Below are positions 9,634 through 22,600 of a stretch of DNA of 64,000 bases, piece after piece. The DNA lies in the NCBI GenBank assembly GCA_050952645.1, contig JBMNLI010000012.1, positions 1-64,000 of the forward strand, given 5' to 3'. The stretch is from Bdellovibrionota bacterium (lineage in GTDB: Bacteria; Bdellovibrionota_C; UBA2361; CAKMMH01). The notes below the pieces were generated by a model that had not been told where the DNA came from, ran no database searches, and saw only the letters and a program-made list of their open reading frames with translations. The first letter of the stretch is position 1; every line of letters starts with the position of its first letter. The position numbers were made by a program, and so were the translations under genes.

Positions 9634-10377
9634 CTACTTACTTTTTTTAGACTTAGTAAGCTTTAATTTTAATCTTGCTAAATCAAAGTCCTCTGTAAAC
9701 TCTTCTAATTCCTTGCTTTCTTTACAATGCTTCTTATACGTTCTAAGTATACTGCTTGAAGGAAGCTTTAGCACAATTGAACAAGCATTGTTTTTATGTA
9801 GATACAATTTTCCTTGTAAACCTTTTATATTTACCTTTTTTTCAAAATATATTGGTATATGCGGTGGCATAAGCTTATTTACAGTATCATTTAATCCGAA
9901 ATCTATCTCATTTGCGATTTTAGGGTGGGGAACGTATATGCTTATCTTTAATTTCTCTTGATTTTTATTAACGTACGTTCCTTTGTAAGTGATAAATAGC
10001 TCTTGCTTATCTACGGTGCTACTAAAAGAGTTTGATTTTCTATAAAAATTACTTCCTCCTTCTCCTACCCAAGCAAATAAAGCTTTTGAGCCACCTTTTT
10101 CAGTAAAAAGTGTTTTTAAATTTGGATTATCATCAAACCAAGCAGGGTCGTCTAAAAATTTACTCGCTCTTATATCTTTAGCCTTATCTCTTATATCGCC
10201 TAAAGGACTGCTAGCAAACGCATTTAAAGTAAGACAAGATGATAAAACTAAGTAAGTAAATAAATAAATAAAAATGTTAAATATTATATTATTTATCGCT
10301 AGATTATTTATCGATATATTATTGCTTGATATTTTATCTATTATTTTATTCATTCTTTTATTCATTCTTTTATTCAT
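9634..10377 (-). CDS. hypothetical exported or membrane-anchored protein
   Basis: Hydrophobic N-terminal segment ending in AFA; abuts the upstream gene. Confidence 0.75.
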   Translation of the reverse strand: MNKRMNKRMNKIIDKISSNNISINNLAINNIIFNIFIYLFTYLVLSSCLTLNAFASSPLGDIRDKAKDIRASKFLDDPAWFDDNPNLKTLFTEKGGSKALFAWVGEGGSNFYRKSNSFSSTVDKQELFITYKGTYVNKNQEKLKISIYVPHPKIANEIDFGLNDTVNKLMPPHIPIYFEKKVNIKGLQGKLYLHKNNACSIVLKLPSSSILRTYKKHCKESKELEEFTEDFDLARLKLKLTKSKKSK

Positions 10378-11882
10378 TATTCTTTACTCCATATAAAAAT
10401 ATCTCCTATTCTAGAGTATAGTAAAAAATTATTTTCAATTAAAAAGTTTTTTAATTCTATTTTATATAATGTATTACCAAAGTTATAAACGACAATCCCC
10501 ACATTGTGATTAGCAATGTCTTCTAAAATATCTTTTTTCATTTTTGTGTTGTATTTTCTTGATATTTCAATAGGCACTCTTACTAAAAAAGGATTTTCAG
10601 TCCCTGGTAAAAGTTTATGCTTGCTACCTAGTGAATGCCCAGGCCAGATGGATAATAAATAAGCTTTCGTATCTAATTTATTTATATGCTCATTTATTTT
10701 TTCAATGGCATGTATGCTCCAAATTTCAGGATTTTGCCCAGATATTCCAATCACATTATGTGCAGTTAGAGTGTTTGCTTTTAATACACTCGGATAATAA
10801 AACGCATTTGTGCTAATAAACATTAAAGCTATAAGCGATTTTAAAAAAATATTATTAAGGGATTTTATAAAATCAACGCTCATAACAGTAATAAAAATTA
10901 TAATGCAAGATTGGTATTGTAGATAAGTAGGAGTTGGAATTAAATTTAAAATTAAAATGTATAACGTATATAAAATTGGAAAATATATATTTTTTTTCTT
11001 TAGCATAAAAAAGAAATAACAAACTCCCCAAAGTATAGGTATAAAATAAGTTATAAACATTTGTTTTTTTATCACTTGATTAGAAGGAGAAAGCCCTAGT
11101 ATTTTCGATAGCGAAGATGCTTTTCTTAATAAAGTTTTTTCTATTAAGTCTTGGCTTCTAACTAGATGATAGCCAAAATTATTAAAAATAAAAATTTCTT
11201 GAGATAAAATAAAATAATAAATGGCAGGTAAGAGCGCTAAAATGCTTCCTGCCGTAAAATATGCAAAATCTTTTTTGCTAAGTCTTCCTTGCTTTACGTA
11301 AATGTGAAAAAAAATTAAAGGAAACAATGAAGCGAAGTGAAGCCTAGTTAAAGTAAGTAATCCAAATAAAACACCTATAACGAAAATTTTCTTAGTATTG
11401 TTTTTTGTATTTTTTTTATGGGGGCTTAAATAAGATTCTATTAAAATAAAAATAGCTAGCAAGAAAAGATTTACTAACGCATAACTTTTAATAACTGTAA
11501 GCCATGAGAAAGCCATCGGGTGAATAGCAAATAAGATTAGTGATAGTTTTGCTAGCTGCAAAGAAGAATTTTTCTTAATATGAAAAAACAAAAGGCTACC
11601 AGTAAGAAAATATATTATGCCCGTTATGCCTCTAGCTACATACCAAGAAACTCCGAACATTTTCATACAAAACGCATAAAATAATGCTGTAAATGGCATT
11701 TGTGGAAAGAAAAAATCTTTATATAAAATTTTATTTTTAAGTAAAAGTTCACTCGCTATTATGTAAAATCCTTCATCCCTAGCTATTAGACGGTTTAAAG
11801 AAATAAATATGCAATGCGCAAAGAATAAGAATAAAGATAAAAGAGTAATATTTAGTGTAAAATTTTTTCGGGTCTTAAACAT
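10377..11882 (-). CDS. GT-C fold membrane glycosyltransferase (ArnT/PMT_2-like)
   Basis: Polytopic membrane protein; RDEGFY after TM1 and LYKDFFFPQMP. Confidence 0.8.
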   Translation of the reverse strand: MFKTRKNFTLNITLLSLFLFFAHCIFISLNRLIARDEGFYIIASELLLKNKILYKDFFFPQMPFTALFYAFCMKMFGVSWYVARGITGIIYFLTGSLLFFHIKKNSSLQLAKLSLILFAIHPMAFSWLTVIKSYALVNLFLLAIFILIESYLSPHKKNTKNNTKKIFVIGVLFGLLTLTRLHFASLFPLIFFHIYVKQGRLSKKDFAYFTAGSILALLPAIYYFILSQEIFIFNNFGYHLVRSQDLIEKTLLRKASSLSKILGLSPSNQVIKKQMFITYFIPILWGVCYFFFMLKKKNIYFPILYTLYILILNLIPTPTYLQYQSCIIIFITVMSVDFIKSLNNIFLKSLIALMFISTNAFYYPSVLKANTLTAHNVIGISGQNPEIWSIHAIEKINEHINKLDTKAYLLSIWPGHSLGSKHKLLPGTENPFLVRVPIEISRKYNTKMKKDILEDIANHNVGIVVYNFGNTLYKIELKNFLIENNFLLYSRIGDIFIWSKE

Positions 11883-11934
11883 AAAAGTTATTATATTTAT
11901 TAAAGCTATAATTGCAAGATTAGTTTGTAATGTT

Positions 11935-12112
11935 TGCCTTTTCTTTCTTGCTTTTTTGTTTTAGTTTTTTTCTCGTTTTTCCTAGTTTCTTCTTTCTTTA
12001 CTCTTTCTTTCTTCTTTGTTTCTTTCTTTCTCTTGTTTCTCTTGTTTCTTTTTCTAGTTTTTTCTTTTTTCTTATTTTTTTCTTTCTCGTTTTTTTTCTT
12101 CGTTTTTTCTTT
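11935..12112. repeat. ~180-bp polypyrimidine/polypurine tract
   Basis: Plus strand is almost exclusively T/C, between the divergent GT-C and gyrB genes. Confidence 0.8.
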
Positions 12113-12260
12113 ACAAAATAAATCGCAAAATAGATATGCTTTTAACTAGAAGATTTAACTTAAGAAAATGCCTTTTGTAAAAGCCATATTTTATGCATTT
12201 TTAAAGAATTATTATGTAATACTCCTTTGCTAAAATTAGCTAAATAATGTATCATAATAA

Positions 12261-14750
<2,490 letters not shown>

Positions 14751-14752
14751 TC

Positions 14753-15784
14753 ATGAACAAAAAAATTAAAGGTGATAGAAAAAATTTAAAAGAGTTTACT
14801 TTTATAGATCTATTTGCTGGAATTGGTGGGATTAGGCTTGGATTTGAAGCGGTCGGTGGACGCTGTGTTTTTAGTTCAGAGTGGGATAAATTCGCCGTGC
14901 AAACTTATAAGGCAAATTTTTTTGATAAAGAAGTGCATGGAGATATTACGAAAATTAGTGAAAAAGATATTCCTCCTTTCGATATTTTGTGTGCAGGTTT
15001 TCCGTGTCAGCCGTTTTCGCAGGCTGGACTCAAAAAAGGACTTTTAGATACGCGCGGAACTCTGTTTTTTGATATTGCTAGGATAGTTGAATATCATCGA
15101 CCGAAGGTTGTTTTTTTAGAAAATGTCAAGAGATTTAAAACGCATGATGCTGGTAATACTTTTTTAGTAGTTAAAAATGTTTTACAAGAGTTAGGATATA
15201 GCGTTTATGATAAAGTTCTTAATGCAAAAGATTTTGCACTTCCACAAAATAGGGAGCGAATTTTTATAGTAGCATTTTTGGGAAAGACTGAATTTAATTT
15301 TCCGCTTCCTTACAATACTAAAACTCGTCTAGGTGATATTTTAGAGAGAGATGTTTTAGATAAATATACTTTATCAGATGCTCTCTGGGCTGGACATCAA
15401 GCTAGAAAAGAAAAAAATTTAAAAAAAGGATATGGGTTCGGGTATTCTATGTTTAATGAAGATAGCGTTTATACTAGCACTATTTCTGCTCGGTATTATA
15501 AAGATGGCTCCGAGATCTTGATTGAACAAAAAGGAAAAAACCCAAGAAAACTAACTCCTCGTGAAGCAGCTAGACTTCAAGGATTTCCCGACACTTTTAA
15601 AATTCCTGTAAGTGATAATCAAGCTTATAAGCAATTTGGAAATAGCGTAGCGGTTAATGTTATTAAGGCACTAGCAAAAGAAATCGTTCTAGGAATGGAG
15701 AAATTAGAATTAAGAAAGAAAGAAAATTTAAAAAGTATAAATTTAGAAAGTATAAAAAACGAGGCTATAAAAAAGGCATGTTAA
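14753..15784 (+). CDS. DNA (cytosine-5)-methyltransferase, SsoII/Dcm-like
   Basis: FAGIGG, GFPCQ, ENV, QNRERIF; target-recognition region TISARYYKDGSEILI. Confidence 0.95.
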   Translation: MNKKIKGDRKNLKEFTFIDLFAGIGGIRLGFEAVGGRCVFSSEWDKFAVQTYKANFFDKEVHGDITKISEKDIPPFDILCAGFPCQPFSQAGLKKGLLDTRGTLFFDIARIVEYHRPKVVFLENVKRFKTHDAGNTFLVVKNVLQELGYSVYDKVLNAKDFALPQNRERIFIVAFLGKTEFNFPLPYNTKTRLGDILERDVLDKYTLSDALWAGHQARKEKNLKKGYGFGYSMFNEDSVYTSTISARYYKDGSEILIEQKGKNPRKLTPREAARLQGFPDTFKIPVSDNQAYKQFGNSVAVNVIKALAKEIVLGMEKLELRKKENLKSINLESIKNEAIKKAC

Positions 15785-16816
15785 ATGAAGCTAAAAAATT
15801 TAAAAATAGATGAGCAAAAACAAAAAATAAATTTTATATTCTATGTTTTTTTAAAAGAGTTTAATACTTCTTTTTCGATAAAAGAAATAAAGCAGGTCTT
15901 GGAAATTTATGAAACATATAAGTGTAATTCGAAAAGCTATAAAAGTTTTTTACAAGTATTAGAAGTTAAAGTTTTGAGTAAAAAAAAATTAGTAGCAAAA
16001 GAAAATGTTGTTGCTTTGCTAAAATATATTGATAGTGATGTAATTTTAAAATTATTCATATTCACATTAAAATTACTAATTATAAAACCGATGCTTTTAC
16101 AAGAAATAGAGTTAGCTTCGATGTTTACAAAATTGATAAAAAGTGAGAATATTCATCCATTATCTTTAGCATACGATAGATTAGGGAAAATGAATGCGTA
16201 TCATACGAGAGTTAACGGAGCTTTAATAAGTTTAATTTTCTTTCATTATATTGAAAATAAAAAAAATTTTTTGCTAGATGTAAACACAAAGTACATGGAA
16301 GAATTATCAAAAGATTATGATTTATTAAAACAAAAAGGGATTGAAGGAAATGAGATTTTTTCTATTATGTTTTCAGAATCTATAAATCAACATATTACAT
16401 CTACTGCTGGGAGTAAATATGAAGAGAGAATATTAAATTTATTGATTAGTATAGGCATCGATAAAGATAATATAAAAAAAATGCATGACAAAACTGATAA
16501 ATCAACAGAGTATGATTTCTTTTTTAAGATTGATAATAAAACTTTTGGGATTAGTGCCAAACGAACTTTAAGAGAAAGGTATAAGCAATTTTTAAAAACA
16601 TCATATATGACACCAGTTGATGTATTAGTGGAGATTACTCTTGGTTTAGATTTGTCTTTTGAAAAAGCGAAAACTATTACATCACAAGATGTATATATTT
16701 TTATTGCTGATGAGGTATATAATTCCAGAGAAGACCTAAGAAGTCTAAAAGGCGTTTTGCCTACAACACAAATATCGCTTAAGACTTTCAAAAGTTTAGG
16801 AAGGGCGAAGAAGTAA
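15785..16816 (+). CDS. putative type II restriction endonuclease (EcoRII-C/SsoII-like)
   Basis: Abuts the MTase; AGSKYE...YDF...SAKRTLRERYKQ motif. Confidence 0.75.
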   Translation: MKLKNLKIDEQKQKINFIFYVFLKEFNTSFSIKEIKQVLEIYETYKCNSKSYKSFLQVLEVKVLSKKKLVAKENVVALLKYIDSDVILKLFIFTLKLLIIKPMLLQEIELASMFTKLIKSENIHPLSLAYDRLGKMNAYHTRVNGALISLIFFHYIENKKNFLLDVNTKYMEELSKDYDLLKQKGIEGNEIFSIMFSESINQHITSTAGSKYEERILNLLISIGIDKDNIKKMHDKTDKSTEYDFFFKIDNKTFGISAKRTLRERYKQFLKTSYMTPVDVLVEITLGLDLSFEKAKTITSQDVYIFIADEVYNSREDLRSLKGVLPTTQISLKTFKSLGRAKK

Positions 16817-16825
16817 CTCTTCTCT

Positions 16826-17530
16826 CTATCTATCATACTGCAATTTTTTTCTTAATCTTCCAAGTCTAGTAGATGGCCCTTTGCTTCGCTCGATGCAAAG
16901 TCTTGTAAGGACATTTAAAAGTTCTTCGTCGCTGCCTTTAACAAAAGTATGAGCAAGGTTAACGGCGCTATTAAGATTTGCTAAATATTTTGGAATCTCA
17001 TATTTAGCAGTTTCAAATTGTTTAGATTGCCTTAAGATGCTAGCCATATTATCTGTGCTTGCCATCATTATAGCAGCTAGTGCTTCATTTCTATCATTAG
17101 CTTGTAGCACAAAACTATTAATAGGCTCGCCTTTAGTCGCCGTAGTAATAGAGTTATCTACGCCTTCTATCGTAAAAGGTTTTACTAAAAAACCTCTTGC
17201 ACCATTTATTAGCATATCGAACACTCTATCGATTTCAGGTTCCGATGAGCAAGCGATGGCGATAACGTTATTTTCAAGTTCTAGTAGTTTTTTCATAAAC
17301 GCTTCTATCGGCATATTAGTTTCTTTAATATTAAAGAAAACATGGGTAAAATGACGTTGCTCAATTTTTTCTAGTGAGGCTAGATGATTAGGAGAGTCGC
17401 TTATATTAAAAAAACCTATAGTTTGCAAGGCATGCTTTAGGTTATTTCTTTCTGCAGCATCTTGTTCTACAATAAGAATGGTTGCGTTAGTTTTTTCTTG
17501 ATTAGTTATTTTTAATTCTGTTTCAAGCAT
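16826..17530 (-). CDS. response regulator receiver-domain protein (atypical)
   Basis: ILIVEQD...GARGFLVKPF receiver pattern; the phospho-Asp position appears to be Asn. Confidence 0.8.
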   Translation of the reverse strand: MLETELKITNQEKTNATILIVEQDAAERNNLKHALQTIGFFNISDSPNHLASLEKIEQRHFTHVFFNIKETNMPIEAFMKKLLELENNVIAIACSSEPEIDRVFDMLINGARGFLVKPFTIEGVDNSITTATKGEPINSFVLQANDRNEALAAIMMASTDNMASILRQSKQFETAKYEIPKYLANLNSAVNLAHTFVKGSDEELLNVLTRLCIERSKGPSTRLGRLRKKLQYDR

Positions 17531-17626
17531 ATTTTTTTTTAAAAATTATTAAAAATATTACTGTAAAAAACTATGTGGCGTAACTTTCGGAAAAATTTGT
17601 AATTTTCTTTAGGATTTGCATTCAAA

Positions 17627-18424
17627 ATGATTTTAAAAATTGGATTTTTAGGAGATATAGTAGGAAAAAGCGGTAGAAATTTTGTTAAAACGAGTATCGA
17701 GAGCATAAAAAAAGAATATTCTTTAGACGTTCTTATCGCTAATGCTGAAAATGCTTCGGGAGGAACGGGGCTAGGAGCAAAGGAAGCGTTAGAGCTACAT
17801 TTAGCAGGGATAGATTTAATTTCGCTAGGAGACCATAGCTTTAGTAATAATACGCTTTTAAGCTTTATAAATTCAAGGGACAACACATTTTGTATAACTC
17901 CTTGTAATTACGAAGATAATAAGGCAAAAAAAGAGTATATAGTTTATAATTTTAATGGTGTAAACATAGTCTTATTTTCAATGTTAGGTGCTGTGTTTAT
18001 TCAAGAAAAAATAGAAAACCCTTTTTTAAAAGTCGATAAGGTTTTAGAAGATATAAATAAGAATGTGCCTAACAATATAATAATTCTTGATTTTCATGCA
18101 GAGGCGACATCTGAAAAAATGGCTATGGGATATTTCGTAGACTCTAAAATCTCCGCATTTTTTGGCACTCATACGCACGTTCAAACTAACGATGCAAAAA
18201 TTTTGCAAGGGGGCATTGGGTATATTACCGATGTTGGGATGTGTGGTCCTAGAAATGGCGTTATAGGTATGGATATTTCTTATTCTTTAGAAAGACTTAC
18301 TGGAAAAAGAAAAAAAGGCTATAAATTAGCGCGTGGCGAAAGCAAGATAAATGGCGTAGTAGTTTTAATAGATACGAAAACTAAAAAAACTAAGGAAATC
18401 AAAAGTTTTAAGTTATTTGAATAA
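17627..18424 (+). CDS. ymdB: YmdB-family metallophosphoesterase
   Basis: GDIVG, NAENA, DFHAEATSEK, GTHTHVQT, YITDVGM. Confidence 0.92.
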   Translation: MILKIGFLGDIVGKSGRNFVKTSIESIKKEYSLDVLIANAENASGGTGLGAKEALELHLAGIDLISLGDHSFSNNTLLSFINSRDNTFCITPCNYEDNKAKKEYIVYNFNGVNIVLFSMLGAVFIQEKIENPFLKVDKVLEDINKNVPNNIIILDFHAEATSEKMAMGYFVDSKISAFFGTHTHVQTNDAKILQGGIGYITDVGMCGPRNGVIGMDISYSLERLTGKRKKGYKLARGESKINGVVVLIDTKTKKTKEIKSFKLFE

Positions 18425-18687
18425 TTTTTTTATCTCAAAATATTTTAATTTTTATTTTAATTTAGTCTTTAAAATTCTACTTTCAATTATACTTTTAAAT
18501 CTACTTTTAAATTTTGTAATTAACTATTTTCGTAAATATTCTTTAAATTTTTAATTTTTTTGAATACTTTTAAGTATTTTTGGCTTCTTATACTTTAGAA
18601 AGTTTTTAGTTTTTGCCGACAGTTATTATAGTTTTTTATAACTATCAAGAAAAATTTTATTTGGAGAATAATTATTTGGAGAATAAA

Positions 18688-19497
18688 ATGAAAAAAGTAT
18701 TTATAATGGTATTTACAATTAGTTTAGTTTGCTTAGTTTCAGTTTCTAGCGCTCAAGATAGATTACCTGCCGATAATGGTATTGCAAAATATCATACTGA
18801 ACCAAGATATAGGGAAAGTGAGTCTCATCCGTTAAGAATAGTAGCTTACGTAGTTCACCCTCTCGGCTGGGCACTTAGAGAGGGGATAATTAGACCTATC
18901 GATTATTTAATATCTTCAAATGAAACTACTAAAAGTATTTTTGGATATAGAGAGCCTTATAGTTTTAGAAAAGAGGCTGGTTGTTTTAGCGCACATACAG
19001 ATTTTTCAGATTGTAGAAAGTATGCGCCTTATAATTACAATAAGGGGTCTTTTATTACTTTAGCTCATAATGATGAACATGATAAAATATATGCAGATGC
19101 TAGCGATGCATTTGGTGCTAATACTTGCTTAGATGGTAATTGCAACAATTTAAGAGGGAATCTAAGAGAGGTTTATATGCCCGATGTAAATTTTGATTTT
19201 GATAAAAAAGAGCTTAATACCTTAGGAAAGGGGAAAGCTAGAGTGATAGCAAATATGTTAAAAGAAAAACTTGGTGTAAATGTCGTGTTAAGCGGTCATG
19301 CTGATTACATAGGCTCAGACACTTATAATCAAAAACTTGGATTAGATAGAGCAAAAGCTTTAAAAGATGAGTTAGTTTCTTTAGGCGTTCCGTCGGATAG
19401 AATTTCAACCGTAAGCTTTGGAAAAGAGCGCCCAGTGTTAGGCGAAAAAGACGCTCCTGCAAGAGCTGTAAATAGAAGAGTAGAGGTTAGCTTTTAG
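18688..19497 (+). CDS. OmpA-family exported protein
   Basis: Signal peptide; C-terminal NFDFDK...GHAD...YNQKLGLDRA...NRRVE. Confidence 0.88.
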   Translation: MKKVFIMVFTISLVCLVSVSSAQDRLPADNGIAKYHTEPRYRESESHPLRIVAYVVHPLGWALREGIIRPIDYLISSNETTKSIFGYREPYSFRKEAGCFSAHTDFSDCRKYAPYNYNKGSFITLAHNDEHDKIYADASDAFGANTCLDGNCNNLRGNLREVYMPDVNFDFDKKELNTLGKGKARVIANMLKEKLGVNVVLSGHADYIGSDTYNQKLGLDRAKALKDELVSLGVPSDRISTVSFGKERPVLGEKDAPARAVNRRVEVSF

Positions 19498-19606
19498 GTT
19501 GTTGTTTAAATAATTAAGTTTTTTGTCTTAAGTTTTTTTAGAGTATTTTAACAAACTAAGAAGTTCGTTTTAATTATTAGGTTTTAATTTATCTTGGAGT
19601 TTCTTT

Positions 19607-22600
19607 ATGAATTTTGTGAATGAAAAATATAAAAAACGAGAAATATATTATAAGATTATTTTAGCAAAATTAAATATATCAAAATTTAAAAAATTATTTT
19701 TACTACTTATTTTTATTTTTAATTTCTTTTTTTCTATCATATTTTATAGTAGCACTTGCTTAGCGTTCGACCCGATATTAGATAGTGCAAAAAGTGTAGT
19801 AAGTGATGAGTATGGGAGCAATATTTGTGCTATTTCTGCTAGTGATGAGCTTTACTGTTGGGGAGATAATGACACTAATTTAATATCGCCTTTCCAAGTT
19901 GGTAAAATAGAAGCTCCACAAAAAATTGCTGGGCTTGAAAATGTAAGTGCAGTTAGTATAAATGGCGCTTATATGTGTGCTATTTCAAATAATAAACTTT
20001 ATTGTTGGGGAAATAATGAGTATGGACAAATAGGAACTGGGGATACTACTCAAGTGCTAACTCCTCAAATGATATTACCCGAGTTTGATATTAGTCAAGT
20101 TGCTATAGGAGATTGTAATACTTGCGCTATAACTACGACTGGTAAGCTTTATTGTTGGGGAGAAAACGAATATGGTCAGGTAGGGGTTAATAGCAATGAA
20201 GAGAAAATACTCGTTCCAACTGAAGTTCTTGATGATGTTAGTTATATAGCAATATCAACCGATAAAGTAGCTTGTGCTATAAAAACTAGCGGAGACCTAT
20301 ATTGTTGGGGAAGTAACAGGTATGGGCAGCTTGGTATTGGAGATTTAAATATAGATGTAGCGAAGACGCCCCAAAAAATATTAGAAAAAATAGGTAGTAT
20401 TAATCTTTTTAGTGAAATCAAGTGTGCAATAAAAATTAATGGAGAGCTATATTGTTGGGGGAGAAATCATAATTCTTTATTAGATGAAAATGGTTCTGAA
20501 CAAATACTTGCACCATTAAAGATTTTAGATAATGTAAAACAAGTAGTTTCTTATGGTCCTTATTTTCTTGGTTCCTATATTTGTGTAGTAACGAATGATA
20601 ATAAAACTTATTGCAAAGGAGATAATAGTAGTGGACAAGTGGGAATTGGAACTAACGAAAGTTTTGTTAACTCTTTTTCAAAGGTATTAGATGATACTTC
20701 TTACATATTACATAAGCGCGACCTTATTTGCGCTCTTACAAACGATGAAAATCTTTATTGTTGGGGTTCATTTGATTTTGGGCAAACGAGAAACGATTTT
20801 ATTGACTTTTTTACTTATTCAAAAATTCCTTTATTAGTTTCAAAAGGTGTAAATCGTTTTTTTCTAGGTTCTCAATATGATTTGTTCATAACAAATAAAA
20901 CTGATAAGCTTTATAGTTATCAAAGAGGTTTGTATATTCGAAATCAAAAGAATAAAACAAAAGTTTTAGAAGATGTAAAAGAGATTTACCCAATTGCCAC
21001 GAGTCCTTGTGCTAGTAAACTCGATGGCACAGTTTATTGCTGGGGAGACAATTCTAGCGAGCAACTTGGAAGAAGTGGTGATTTTAGTAATATTTCAAGC
21101 TCCGTTCCCATTTTGGTAGATATTTATAGTGATAAAGGCGGAATAAGAAATATAAAATCTTTTTCAAGGAACGAATCTACAAATTGTGCAGTAAGAGAAG
21201 ATGGAAATCTTTTTTGCTGGGGGCAAGATAATTTGGGAACTAGTGGAGATGAAATACAACCTGTAATGAGTGGTGTGACTAACGTAAAAAAAAGCTCGAT
21301 ACATAATTGTGCTTTAAAAAGCGATCTTCTTTATTGTTGGGGACATAATGCGCAAGGACAATTAGGGATTGGAAACAATGACATTTCTCGAACTCCTCAG
21401 CTAGTTTCGACATTAGGAGAAGTGGCAGATTATGCTCTTAGTTCGTATACAACTTGTGCTATTAAAAAATTAGATAAAACCCTTTGGTGTTGGGGAGCTA
21501 ATTGGGGTGGGCAATTAGGAATAGGTAATACTTATTCTCAAAATCTTCCTAAGCAGGTTGAAGGGTTATCAAATGTAAAGAAAGTATTTGTAGGAGAGTC
21601 GTCGTACACTTGTGCTATAACTCAAGATGATAAACTTTATTGTTGGGGGTATAACTATGATGGGCAATTAGGAATAGGAGATACACAAAAAAAACTTGTG
21701 CCAACATTAGTAGCAAATAATATAAAAAGCGTTTCTTTAGCTAACAGTCATACTTGTGCAATAGATTTAGATAACAAACTTTATTGTTGGGGAGATAATT
21801 CTTTTGGGCAATTAGGAATAGGCGATACACCAAATAGCCTTGTGCCAGCATTAGTAGCAAATAATATAAAAAGCGTTGAGGTATATCCTTGTTATAATGG
21901 TTGGATTGCTAAATATACTTGCGCAATAAATTTAGATGATAATCTTTATTGCTGGGGAGATAATGGCCACTACCAATTAGGGCTTGGCGATAGCACTAAT
22001 AGGTATACCCCACAATTAGTTTTAAGTAATGTTAAAGATGTTAGAGTAGGTTTGGAAACGGTTTGTGCCATAGATAAAGATAACGATCTTTTTTGTTGGG
22101 GAGATGATACGTATGGCCAAGTAGGAGATGGTCCAGACGAGCCAAAAGTGTATTTTACTGGCGGTGAAACTCCACTATCTTTTTGTTCTGATTGTTGCAA
22201 CCATTGGAATTATGCAAACTTAGGGCAAACGTGCAATAATGGATTAGCAAATACTTGCTACTATGAGGGAACGCTTAATTGTTATAATGGCACTCTAGAT
22301 AATCCTGCAATTATATGTAGCGCGATAACTCCTAAATGTTGCGAAGATGCTTTATATTCTTCTATAGGTTTAAATTGTAGCGATGGTATCGGAGTTTGTA
22401 AAGGAAACGGGCTTTACGTCTGCACTGGGGATACGCCTAGTAGCACGGTTTCTTGTCCTGCTAAAGCAAATACGGATGCTAAAACTAAGGAAATTTGCGA
22501 CGGTCTAGATAATGATTGCGATGGTGAAATAGATGAAGATTTTTTTATAGGGCAAGAATGCACTCAGAAAACTAGCGAGATTATAGTAGATGGCATCGTG

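Noticed and set aside
11930..12149. Phe-rich ORFs 11930-12121 and 11934-12149
   Set aside because: Artefacts of the polypyrimidine tract.
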